Assembly: GCF_008065095.1 (NCBI RefSeq)
Contig: NZ_CP042911.1
Span: 8,220,001 to 8,252,000, forward strand
Reading direction: 5' to 3'
Source: Gemmata obscuriglobus
Lineage (GTDB): Bacteria > Planctomycetota > Planctomycetia > Gemmatales > Gemmataceae
Length of the DNA stretch: 32,000 nucleotides
In this document: positions 17,634 to 25,421 of the stretch, one piece after another
Numbering within the stretch: position 1 is the stretch's first letter
Layout of the letters: each line of letters begins with the position of its first letter
Made by a program: the position numbers and the translations under genes
Notes under the pieces: generated by a model
The model's database searches: none
What the model was told of the DNA's origin: nothing
What the model saw: only the letters and a program-made list of their open reading frames with translations

Positions 17634-18854
17634 TCACTTTAGCTTGTGGAGGAGGACGGTTTCGGTCGTCGGGCTCGGTTCGCCCAGACGCCGGGCGCGG
17701 GCCGCGGCCGCGAGCCGCGCCGCCTTCTCGAACGCCGCCGACGCGGTCACCCGGGCCACCTCGCGAGCGACTTCTGCGGCGTCGAACTCGATCCGGGTGA
17801 GGTGCCGCACGTCGTCCTTGTGGCGCTGCTCCCGGGCTTGCACCTCGCGAGCCATGCGGTCGAACACCCGGGCCAGTTGGCCCAAATCGTCCCCGCGGGC
17901 TACGACCGGCGCGAGCAACTTCGGGTCGAATTCGCCCCGCTCCACCAACTCGGCCGCACGGGTCAGCGCCGCCACGGCCCGGAGGTACGCGACCTCCTGG
18001 TCGCGGAGCCGCTTCTTGTCGAGGCACGCGTTCACGCGCGCGTGCAAGAGGACCGGGTCGTAGGGCTTGTGGAGGTAGTCCTCGGCCCCCATCTCGATGC
18101 ACCTCACGACCTCGGCCGTCTCGTCGATCGCCGAGACCATGATGACCGGTAGCGATTGTAAGTTCTGGTCGGCCTTGAGCTGCCGCAGCACCTCGTACCC
18201 GTCAACCTCCGGCATCATGATGTCGCACAGCACCAGATCGAACGGGGCGCGGCGGACCGCGTCGAGCGCCTCGCGGCCGTTCGCGGCCTCGACGGTCTGG
18301 AAGCCGCGGGAGCCGAGCCGCCGGCACAGCATGACCCGGTTCGCGTCGTTGTCCTCGACCACCAGGATGCGCTTGGGACCGACGGCGCACGTGTCCGCCC
18401 GTTCGGCCTTGGGGGGCGCGGGCGAGTCGGGGAGGAGCGTGGCCCCGGGGTCCGGTTCCGGTTCGGCGTGCGCCGCCGCGGCCTCGCGGCCCTTCGCCAG
18501 CCACTCATCGAGCTTGCGGTACAGTGCGTCCCAGTTGACCGGCTTGGTTTCGAAGTCCTGGCACCCGGCGGCGAACGCCTTATCCTTTGCGTCAAAGGTG
18601 GCGTGCGCGGAGAGCACGATGATCGGAATAGGCGCGGTGGCCGGGTCGGCCTTCAGCCGGCGCGTGGCCTCCCAACCGTCGATGTCGGGCAGGCCGAGGT
18701 CCATGAGGATCACGTCCGGCCGCTCGCTCCGCGCGAGCGCGACGGCGCCGAGGCCGGTGTCGGCAGGGAGCACGGTGTACCCTTTGCGTTCCAGCCGGCG
18801 CCGGAACATTTCGCGGTTCACCTGCTCGTCTTCGACCAGAAGGACGTGTGGCAT
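17634..18854 (-). CDS. Response regulator with two receiver domains and a helical, HAMP-like C-terminal tail; no recognisable output domain
   Basis: REC1 reads HVLLVEDE..DVILMDLGLPDIDG..ETKP. REC2 reads RILVVEDN..DLVLCDIMMPEVDG..LHKP. The tail contains ..DDLGQLARVFDRMAREV.. and is Ala/Arg-rich. Confidence 0.85.
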   Translation of the reverse strand: MPHVLLVEDEQVNREMFRRRLERKGYTVLPADTGLGAVALARSERPDVILMDLGLPDIDGWEATRRLKADPATAPIPIIVLSAHATFDAKDKAFAAGCQDFETKPVNWDALYRKLDEWLAKGREAAAAHAEPEPDPGATLLPDSPAPPKAERADTCAVGPKRILVVEDNDANRVMLCRRLGSRGFQTVEAANGREALDAVRRAPFDLVLCDIMMPEVDGYEVLRQLKADQNLQSLPVIMVSAIDETAEVVRCIEMGAEDYLHKPYDPVLLHARVNACLDKKRLRDQEVAYLRAVAALTRAAELVERGEFDPKLLAPVVARGDDLGQLARVFDRMAREVQAREQRHKDDVRHLTRIEFDAAEVAREVARVTASAAFEKAARLAAAARARRLGEPSPTTETVLLHKLK

Positions 18855-18977
18855 GGGTGGTCGCCGGAGTCCGGTACGGGCGTACCCGGGCGCTCAGCCC
18901 GGTCGTTCCAGTGTACCCGATGTGCGTGCGGACCGCACGCGCCGCCGCGGGTTTCGCTTCGATGGCCGCTGAGCGGC

Positions 18978-19007
18978 TTGCGGCGCGGCGCCGCGCCGGC
19001 GTACAAT
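18978..19007 (+). promoter_or_regulatory. Weak sigma70-like promoter candidate upstream of nuoI
   Basis: TTGCGG (18978-18983), an 18-nt spacer, then TACAAT (19002-19007), about 40 nt before ATG 19046. This rests on motif resemblance only, and planctomycete promoter rules are poorly known to me. Confidence 0.2.
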
Positions 19008-19045
19008 CAGCTTCCGTTGCGTCCTCCCCTTTCACAAGTACGCCG

Positions 19046-19600
19046 ATGCGCACCTGGATTCGCAACGTTTACCTGGCGACGACCACGCTCGCGGCCGGGA
19101 TGTCCGTCACGCTCCGGTACTTCGTGCAGTCGTTCCGGCGCGGCACGTTCGCGGCGCACTTCGCGTACCCCGAGCGGCCGGTGCCGGTGCGGCCCCGCTA
19201 CCGCGGGTTCCACCGGTTCGACCTGACCACGTGCATCGGGTGCGACAAGTGCGCCCGCGCGTGCCCGGTCGATTGCATCTACATCGATAAGGAAAAGGCG
19301 CCGCCGCCCCACAAGGGGTTCGTGGTGACCGGGTTCAAGATCGATTACACGAAGTGCATGTTCTGCGCGCTGTGCGTGGACCCGTGCCCCGTGGACTGCA
19401 TTTTCATGGGATCGAACCACGACATCAGCACGTACACCCGCGACGGGTGCGTCGTCGATTACGCGAAGCTGCCCCTCGCGGTGGCGTGGGGGCAGGCGAC
19501 GCTGAACCCGACCGCGGTTCAGGAGTCGAAGCGGGTCAGCCTGCCGGTGTGGACGAAAACGGCCGAAGCCGCGAAGCCGGTGGCGGATGGGAAAGCGTAA
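19046..19600 (+). CDS. nuoI: NADH-quinone oxidoreductase subunit I (2x[4Fe-4S])
   Basis: The translation contains ..YPERPVPVRPRYRGFHRF..CIGCDKCARACPVDCI..CMFCALCVDPCPVDCI... It has two CxxCxxCxxxCP motifs and the NuoI-type N-terminus. Confidence 0.85.
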   Translation: MRTWIRNVYLATTTLAAGMSVTLRYFVQSFRRGTFAAHFAYPERPVPVRPRYRGFHRFDLTTCIGCDKCARACPVDCIYIDKEKAPPPHKGFVVTGFKIDYTKCMFCALCVDPCPVDCIFMGSNHDISTYTRDGCVVDYAKLPLAVAWGQATLNPTAVQESKRVSLPVWTKTAEAAKPVADGKA

Positions 19601-19662
19601 CGTAATCGGCCGCAACGGGCCGGTGGCGCGAGCCTCCGGAGTGTTGGTCGCGACTCACGCCG

Positions 19663-20202
19663 ATGTGGACGCTGCCCATGACTGTTCTGGTCCTCTTTGT
19701 GCTGATCTTCCTCGCGGTGGGGGCGACGCTCTTGGCCGCGAACCTCGTAATCGGTTGGTTCGTCCGCCCTGACCGGCCGAACCCCGAAAAGGCCGAGGTG
19801 TACGAGTGCGGCGAGCAACCGGTCAGGAGCGCGTGGGTGCAGTTCGACCTCCGGTTCTATGTGGTCGCGCTGCTGTTCGTGATCTTCGACGTGGAACTCG
19901 CGTTCTTCTTCCCCTGGGCGGTGGTGTTCGGCAGCGCGAACCGCGCCGCGGACGAGTCCAAGCCGGTGGCGGTGCGGGCCGAAGCGGCTGCGAATTTGCA
20001 ACCGCGGGGAGCGAACCCCGGGGAACAGGTCGCGCCCGACCCGGCCGCGGCGCGGGCGCTCGCGTGGATCGCCTTCGCGGACATCATGGTGTTCTTCGGC
20101 GTGCTGCTGGTCGGGTTCGCGTACCTGTGGCGGCGCGGCGACCTGGAATGGGTCCGCAGCGTTGCCGCGCAAGGCCCCGAACCCGAAAACGGGACGACAT
20201 GA
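19663..20202 (+). CDS. nuoA: NADH-quinone oxidoreductase subunit A with an enlarged TM2-TM3 loop
   Basis: The translation contains ..YECGEQP..FDLRFYVVALLFVIFDVELAFFFPWAVVF..(insert)..FFGVLLVGFAYLWRRGDLEW... ATG 19678 is an alternative start. Confidence 0.8.
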   Translation: MWTLPMTVLVLFVLIFLAVGATLLAANLVIGWFVRPDRPNPEKAEVYECGEQPVRSAWVQFDLRFYVVALLFVIFDVELAFFFPWAVVFGSANRAADESKPVAVRAEAAANLQPRGANPGEQVAPDPAAARALAWIAFADIMVFFGVLLVGFAYLWRRGDLEWVRSVAAQGPEPENGTT

Positions 20203-22871
20203 ACGACGCCACACTGACTGGGATCGCGGCCCCCGAAGCGGCCGGCGAACCGCGCGCCGGCATGCCCGTTTCCATCGGATCGGGGTACGACCTGTTGGAA
20301 GAGGTCGGGCGCGGGGGCATGGGCGTCGTTCACCGCGCCCTCGATCGCGGGCTCGCCCGCGAGGTGGCCGTCAAACTCCTCCAGGACCGCTACGCCCCCG
20401 ACTCCGCCGCGGCGGCCCGGTTCGTCGAAGAGGCCCGCATCACGGCGCAGCTCCAGCACCCGGGCATCCCGGCCGTTTACCAAGTGGGGACCTGGGACGA
20501 CGGGCGGCCGTTCCTGGCCATGAAACTGATTAAAGGGCGCACGCTCGAAGAGCTGTTGAAGGACGAAGGGCCGTCGCCGACGCGCTGGCTGGGCCGGTTC
20601 GAGAGCGTCTGCCAGGCGGTCGGGTACGCGCACGCGCACGGCGTCATCCACCGGGACCTCAAACCGGCCAACGTGATGGTGGGGGCGTTCGGCGAAGTGC
20701 AGGTCATGGACTGGGGGCTCGCCAAGTTCCTGAGCCCGGCTACCCCGGGCGATGCGGCGGACGCGGGCCGCGAGTCCGCCGCGGGCGGCGAGGCCCTGTC
20801 GCTCCGCGAATCGAGCGCGTCGTTCACGCAGGTGGGGAGCGTTCTCGGCACGCCGGCGTTCATGCCGCCGGAACAGGCCCGCGGCGCGGGCGAAAGCGTC
20901 GATTGTCGGTCGGACGTGTTCGGGCTCGGGGCAATGCTGTGCGCGCTCCTGACCGGTGCCCCGCCGTTCGGCGGCGCGAGCGCGCAATCCGTGTGGCGGA
21001 ACGCGGCGGCCGGGCGGACCGAGGAGGCGCTCGGGCGGCTGGACGCGAGCGGGGCCGATTCGGAACTGATCGCGCTGTGCAAGCGGTGCCTGGCGACCGA
21101 CCCGGCGGTGCGCCCCGCGACGGCGACCGAAGTCGCGACCGCCGTTGCGGGGTTGCGGCAGGCGGCCGACGAGCGGGCCGAGGCGGCGGAGCGGGAGCGG
21201 CTCGCCGCGGCCGTCCGCGAGGGCGAACAGCAGAAGCGCCGCAAGGCAATTATCGCGGGCGGGGCGGCTCTCATTGTTGTTCTCCTGCTCGGTGTTGCGG
21301 GGACCGCGGTCGGGATGGTGAAGGCCCACCGGGAGCGGGCGGAGGCGAAGGCGGCCGAAGCGGACGCTCAGGCGGCCGAGGCCGAGGCGCGGCGGCTCGG
21401 GGCGGTGGCCGAGCGGGAGCGGGGCCGGGCGGCGGCCCGGCTCGGCAAGGCGGTCGAGGCGATCGAGAAGGCGGTGAACCGGGCCGGCACCGCGCGGTGG
21501 GCGCGGGACCCGGCCCTCGCCGCCGAGCGGCGCCGGGTGCTCGAAGACGCGCTCGCGTTTTACGAGGGCTTCGGGGAGGCCGACGACCCGGTCATCCGGC
21601 GGGAAACGGCGGTGGCGTACCGGCGGATCGGCGGGGCGTACTTGCTGCTGGCCGATTACCCGAAGGCCAGCGACTACCTGGGCCGGGCGCGGGTCCTGTG
21701 CGAAGGGTTGGTCGCGGACTTCCCGGACGACCCGCGGTTCGTAGCGGATCTGGCCGAAGCTCGGCTGTTCGCGGCCAACGAGGCGGCCAGCGCGGGGCGG
21801 GCCGGGGACGCGCTGGCCGTGTACCGGGACGCGGTCGCCGCGGCACGGCGGGCCGCGGCGACCGCGCCGAGCGACGACGCCCGGCAGACGCTCGTGTCGT
21901 GCCTGATCGGGTACGGGTTCTTCACCATGCAGTCGGAGCCGCGGACGGCCGGTCCGCTGTTCCGCGACGCACTGCGGGAGGTGGACGAACTGCTCGCCCG
22001 CCCCGAATGCCCGTTCGCCCCCCGGGCCCTTGCGGTCTACGCGATCGCTTCCGTGGCCATCTTCGACTTCAACGCCGGCCGCCCCGCGGACGGGCTGGCG
22101 AAGGTGCGGCGGGCGTCCACGCTTGTTACCGAAACGACCCCGGACCCCGCCGCCCCGGCGCATTACCGGGACCTGTTCGATATGACCGACGGGCTGCTCA
22201 AGACGATGGACGGGATGGCGCTGGCGACGGCCCAACCGGCCCGGGCCGTCGCCCAGCTCCGCGCCGGCGCGGAGGTGTTCGACGGGCTGCTCGCCGTTTA
22301 CCCGAATGCGTTCCAGTACCGGTCCTACCAGATTATGATCCTGAACCAGGAGGTCCGGTTGCTCACGAGCCTGGGGCGGACGGAAGACGCCGAGCGGCGG
22401 CGGGCCGAACTGATGGCCGCGGCGGACGTCGTTCTGAAGACCTCGCCCAGCACGCCGTTCGTCCGGCAGATGGTCGCCAACCAGCGCTCGTTCGCGCTGG
22501 TCCACCGGGTACAAGCCGGGGAGGTGGCCGATCTGGACCGCCGCGTCGATGATTTGCTCGCCACCGCCGGCCGCGACCCGAACCTGGCCGGCGTGCGGTA
22601 CAACGCCGCCTGCGCGCTCGCGCAGGCGGCCCGGTCTGCTCCCCCCGAGCCCCGCGAGCGGTGGGCGGCCCGGGCGGTCGCGCTGCTGACCGAACTGCTC
22701 GACGGCCCGTTCTACCGCGGCCCGACGAACCCCCGCCACATCGACACCGACGCCGACCTCGACCCGGTCCGCGCGCGGGGCGATTTCCAGGCGTTCCGGG
22801 CCGAACTGTGGAAACGGTTCCCGCCGCCCCCCGCCGGCGCCCCGGCCCCGCGCCCCAAACCGGAGAAGTGA
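20199..22871 (+). CDS. Membrane-anchored Hanks-type Ser/Thr protein kinase with a large helical-repeat (TPR-like) C-terminal domain
   Basis: Kinase motifs are GRGGMGVV, VAVK, HRDLKPANVMV, DWGLAK and GTPAFMPPEQ. There is one TM helix, AIIAGGAALIVVLLLGVAGTAVGMV. The ATG overlaps the nuoA TGA (ATGA at 20199-20202). The upstream part of the long ORF overlaps nuoA out of frame and is rejected. Confidence 0.85.
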   Translation: MNDATLTGIAAPEAAGEPRAGMPVSIGSGYDLLEEVGRGGMGVVHRALDRGLAREVAVKLLQDRYAPDSAAAARFVEEARITAQLQHPGIPAVYQVGTWDDGRPFLAMKLIKGRTLEELLKDEGPSPTRWLGRFESVCQAVGYAHAHGVIHRDLKPANVMVGAFGEVQVMDWGLAKFLSPATPGDAADAGRESAAGGEALSLRESSASFTQVGSVLGTPAFMPPEQARGAGESVDCRSDVFGLGAMLCALLTGAPPFGGASAQSVWRNAAAGRTEEALGRLDASGADSELIALCKRCLATDPAVRPATATEVATAVAGLRQAADERAEAAERERLAAAVREGEQQKRRKAIIAGGAALIVVLLLGVAGTAVGMVKAHRERAEAKAAEADAQAAEAEARRLGAVAERERGRAAARLGKAVEAIEKAVNRAGTARWARDPALAAERRRVLEDALAFYEGFGEADDPVIRRETAVAYRRIGGAYLLLADYPKASDYLGRARVLCEGLVADFPDDPRFVADLAEARLFAANEAASAGRAGDALAVYRDAVAAARRAAATAPSDDARQTLVSCLIGYGFFTMQSEPRTAGPLFRDALREVDELLARPECPFAPRALAVYAIASVAIFDFNAGRPADGLAKVRRASTLVTETTPDPAAPAHYRDLFDMTDGLLKTMDGMALATAQPARAVAQLRAGAEVFDGLLAVYPNAFQYRSYQIMILNQEVRLLTSLGRTEDAERRRAELMAAADVVLKTSPSTPFVRQMVANQRSFALVHRVQAGEVADLDRRVDDLLATAGRDPNLAGVRYNAACALAQAARSAPPEPRERWAARAVALLTELLDGPFYRGPTNPRHIDTDADLDPVRARGDFQAFRAELWKRFPPPPAGAPAPRPKPEK

Positions 22872-22874
22872 CTC

Positions 22875-23486
22875 ATGGGACTGCTCGAAGGCGCGATGCG
22901 CGACGGGTTCGTGGCCACGAACCTGGAGCACGCGATCAACTGGGCGCGGGAGTCGTCGCTGTGGCCCATGACGTTCGGTCTGGCGTGCTGCGCCATCGAG
23001 ATGATGGCCACGGGGGCGCCCCGGTACGACATCGACCGGTTCGGGGCGGGTGCGTTCCGCGCCACCCCGCGCCAGGCCGACCTGATGATCGTGGCCGGCA
23101 CGGTGAACCTGAAAATGGCGGAGCGGGTGCGGCGCCTGTACAACCAGATGCCGGACCCAAAGTTCGTGATCGCGATGGGCGCCTGCACGTGCGGCGGCGG
23201 GCCGTATTACAAGTACGGCTACAACGTCGCGAAGGGCGTCGATCTCATCGTCCCCGTGGACGTGTACGTTCCGGGGTGCCCGCCGCGCCCGGAAGCGTTG
23301 CTGGAAGGGCTCATGCGCGTGCAGGACAAGATCCGCAAGATGCGTGAGCTTACAGAGGGGCGGCCCGCGACGCTCCCGGTTCCGGCGCGAACGGGTCGCG
23401 TGGCGCTCCCGCCGGAACTGACCGACCCCGCGAAGGCGGTCGAGTTCCTGAAGGACAACAAGGAACGCGCCAGGCCGGTGAAGTGA
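22875..23486 (+). CDS. nuoB: NADH-quinone oxidoreductase subunit B
   Basis: The translation contains ..[48 protein letters not shown]... The ATG lies 3 nt after the kinase stop. Confidence 0.9.
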   Translation: MGLLEGAMRDGFVATNLEHAINWARESSLWPMTFGLACCAIEMMATGAPRYDIDRFGAGAFRATPRQADLMIVAGTVNLKMAERVRRLYNQMPDPKFVIAMGACTCGGGPYYKYGYNVAKGVDLIVPVDVYVPGCPPRPEALLEGLMRVQDKIRKMRELTEGRPATLPVPARTGRVALPPELTDPAKAVEFLKDNKERARPVK

Positions 23487-23536
23487 ATGAGCGAGTGGAG
23501 TTCCCCACGAAAAGTGGACAGGCTCTAGCGGCGAGT

Positions 23537-24668
23537 TTAGTTATACGTTCGCTCGTACACCTCTATGGCAACGTGCCCTAGCGATGAGTGCCGTCGGGCG
23601 CGGTTGTAGAACGCCTTGATGTGCTCGGAGATGCTCGCCTTCGCGTCCGCGCGGGTGGCGTAGTCCTCGTCGTGAACCAGCTCCTTCTTGAGCGACGCAA
23701 GACGCTCTCCATGGCCGCATGATACCAGCACTGGCCGACCCGCTCATGCGGCACGTGATCCGCTCCTCCGCCAACCGCCGCTGGTCGTGCTGGCTCGCGT
23801 ACGGGCTCCCCCGATCCGAATGAGCCACCAACCCCGGAGACGAGCGGCCAACGCCATCTCCAGCGCGTCCACCACCAGCCGGCTGGTCATCGTTTGATCC
23901 ATCCACCCGCCCAGGGCCACGCGGCGTAACAGGTCCTCGACGGCCGCCAGGTACAGCCGCCCCTCGCGGGTCGGGATGCACGTGATGTCCGCACACCCGC
24001 GCGTGTTCGGCTGCTCTGGGTCGAAATCCCGGTCGAGGACGTTCGGTGCGACCGGCAGCCCGTGGTTGGGGTCGATCGTCTGCCGGAACTTGCGCGTGGC
24101 TTTTGCAGCGATTCCGCCCCCGCACGATCCGGGCCACGAAGTTCACGGAACACGCGTGCCCCTTCGCTACGAGTTCGGCGTGGGCGCGTGGGCTCACGTA
24201 GCGAGCCTTCACGTCGGCGCGAATCTCCTTTACCTCTTCGGTCAACTCCTCGCGTCGAACCTCGGCGGCACTGGGCTCCCGCGACCGCCACACGTAGAAC
24301 CCGGACCGCGACACGTCCAGCACCCGGCACACCAGCGCGATGGGCCACTCGGTCTTGTGTTCCTCGATCCCGGCGAACGTCACTTCATCCGGGTGGCGTA
24401 GAACGTCGGGGCTTTGTTGAGGATGTCGCGCTCCATCTCCAGCCGCTTGACGCCGGCCCGGAGTTGTCGCAGTTCCTCTTCGACCGGTGTCAGGTGCCCC
24501 GATCCCGGGAACGCCTCGGCACCCTTCTTGAGGACCGCCTTCTTCCCGTCGTGGAGCCGGTTCTCGGTGGCCGAGGCGGCGCGCCGCCTCGGCCACCGAG
24601 AGCTTCTGCTCGGTGATCATCTGGACCGCCTGGAGCTTGAACTCCGGCGTGTAGACCTTGCGCGTACC
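23537..24668 (-). pseudogene. IS3-family transposase orfA/orfB remnants with multiple frame breaks
   Basis: Recognisable blocks lie in different frames: VYTPEFKLQAVQMITEQKLSVAEAARRLG, ENRLHDGKKAVLKKGAEAFPGSGHLTPVEEELRQLRAGVKRLEMERDILNKA, KFRQTIDPNHGLPVAPN..ADITCIPTREGRLYLAAVEDL, PGLVAHSDRGSPYAS, GQCWYHAAMES, ASLKKELVHDEDYATR..FYNRARRHSSLG. There is no in-frame ATG ahead of the orfA N-terminus. Confidence 0.75.
24562..24601. repeat. 40-bp perfect palindrome inside IS3 orfA
   Basis: I checked TCTCGGTGGCCGAGGCGGCG|CGCCGCCTCGGCCACCGAGA base by base. All 20 pairs match and position 24561/24602 does not. It coincides with the orfA frame break. Confidence 0.9.
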
Positions 24669-24738
24669 AGCCGTTGTGGTGTCTGAATACTCGGAGTTTA
24701 CACCGCTTTGCCGCTGTCCACCTTTCGTGGGAACTTCA

Positions 24739-25405
24739 CGCCGTGGCCGAACTCATGCGGGGAGCCGGGATCGCCGCGAAAACGAAGCGCAAGTTCCGGC
24801 AGACGATCGACCCCAACCACGGGCTGCCGGTCGCCGAGAACCGACTGGCTCGGACATTCGACCCGGACCAGACGGAAGCGGTGTGGGTCGCGGACATCAC
24901 CGACATTCCGACCCGCGAGGGGCGGCTGTACCTGGCGGCCGTCGAGGACCTGTTACGCCGCGTGGCCCTGGGCGGGTGGATGGATCAAACGATGACCAGC
25001 CGGCTGGTGGTGGACGCGCTGGAGATGGCGTTGGCCCGCCTCGCCCCCACAGGCTTCCATCTCCGGGGTTGGTGGCTCATTCGGATCGGGGGAGCCCGTA
25101 CGCGAGCCAGCACGACCAGCGGCGGTTGGCGGAGGAGCGGATCACGTGCCGCATGAGCGGGTCGGCCAGTGCTGAGACAACGCGCCGATGGAGAGCGTCT
25201 TGCGTCGCTCAAGAAGGAGTTGGTCCACCACGAGGATTACGTCACCCGCGGGCAGGCACGAGCCAGCATATTCGAGTACATTAAAACGTTATACGACAGG
25301 ATTCGAAGGTGCGCGTCACTAGGCGACGTTGCGCCAGATGAACACGAGTGAACGTACAATCAACCCCCGCCGCTAAAAGCAGCCGCTTTTTTGTGGGAAA
25401 CTCCA
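24739..25405 (+). mobile_element. 5-prime-truncated second IS3-family copy (orfB half only), inverted relative to copy 1
   Basis: It begins in mid-orfB directly against the end of copy 1. It ends with ..GGGAAACTCCA (25405). The reverse complement of that end, TGGAGTTTCCCACAAAAAAGCGG, resembles the copy 1 inverted repeat. Confidence 0.75.
24743..25351 (+). pseudogene. IS3-family orfB remnant (rve integrase core) with frame breaks and a TGA in the CW motif
   Basis: The blocks VAELMRGAGIAAKTKRKFRQTIDPNHGLPVAEN..WVADITDIPTREGRLYLAAVEDL..ALEMALARL, PGLVAHSDRGSPYASQHDQRRL, GQC*DNAPMES and ASLKKELVHHEDYVTRGQARASIFEYIKTLYDRIRRCASLG lie in three frames. Confidence 0.75.
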
Positions 25406-25421
25406 CATCCGGGGTCTGATA

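Larger units (their letters stand above)
23496..24738 (-). mobile_element. IS3-family insertion sequence, full length but decayed (copy 1)
   Basis: The ends are TGGAGTTCCCCACGAAAAGTGGACAG (23496 onward) and the reverse complement of 24713-24738, TGAAGTTCCCACGAAAGGTGGACAG. These are TG..CA-type imperfect inverted repeats. The interior encodes orfA (HTH plus leucine-zipper-like tail) and an rve-type orfB in the -1 frame. Confidence 0.8.

Noticed and set aside
14176-18102. Long minus-strand ORFs (14176-15774 and 15880-18102) opposite the tandem paralogs.
   Set aside because: They have no motifs and an extreme Arg/Gly/Pro content. The plus-strand ORFs have signal peptides and are mutually homologous, which supports the plus strand as coding.
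19857-22931. A 1024-aa minus-strand ORF antisense to the kinase gene.
   Set aside because: The product is Arg/Pro/Gly-rich with no recognisable motifs. It mirrors a plus-strand gene with clear kinase motifs. This is the typical shadow ORF of high-G+C DNA.
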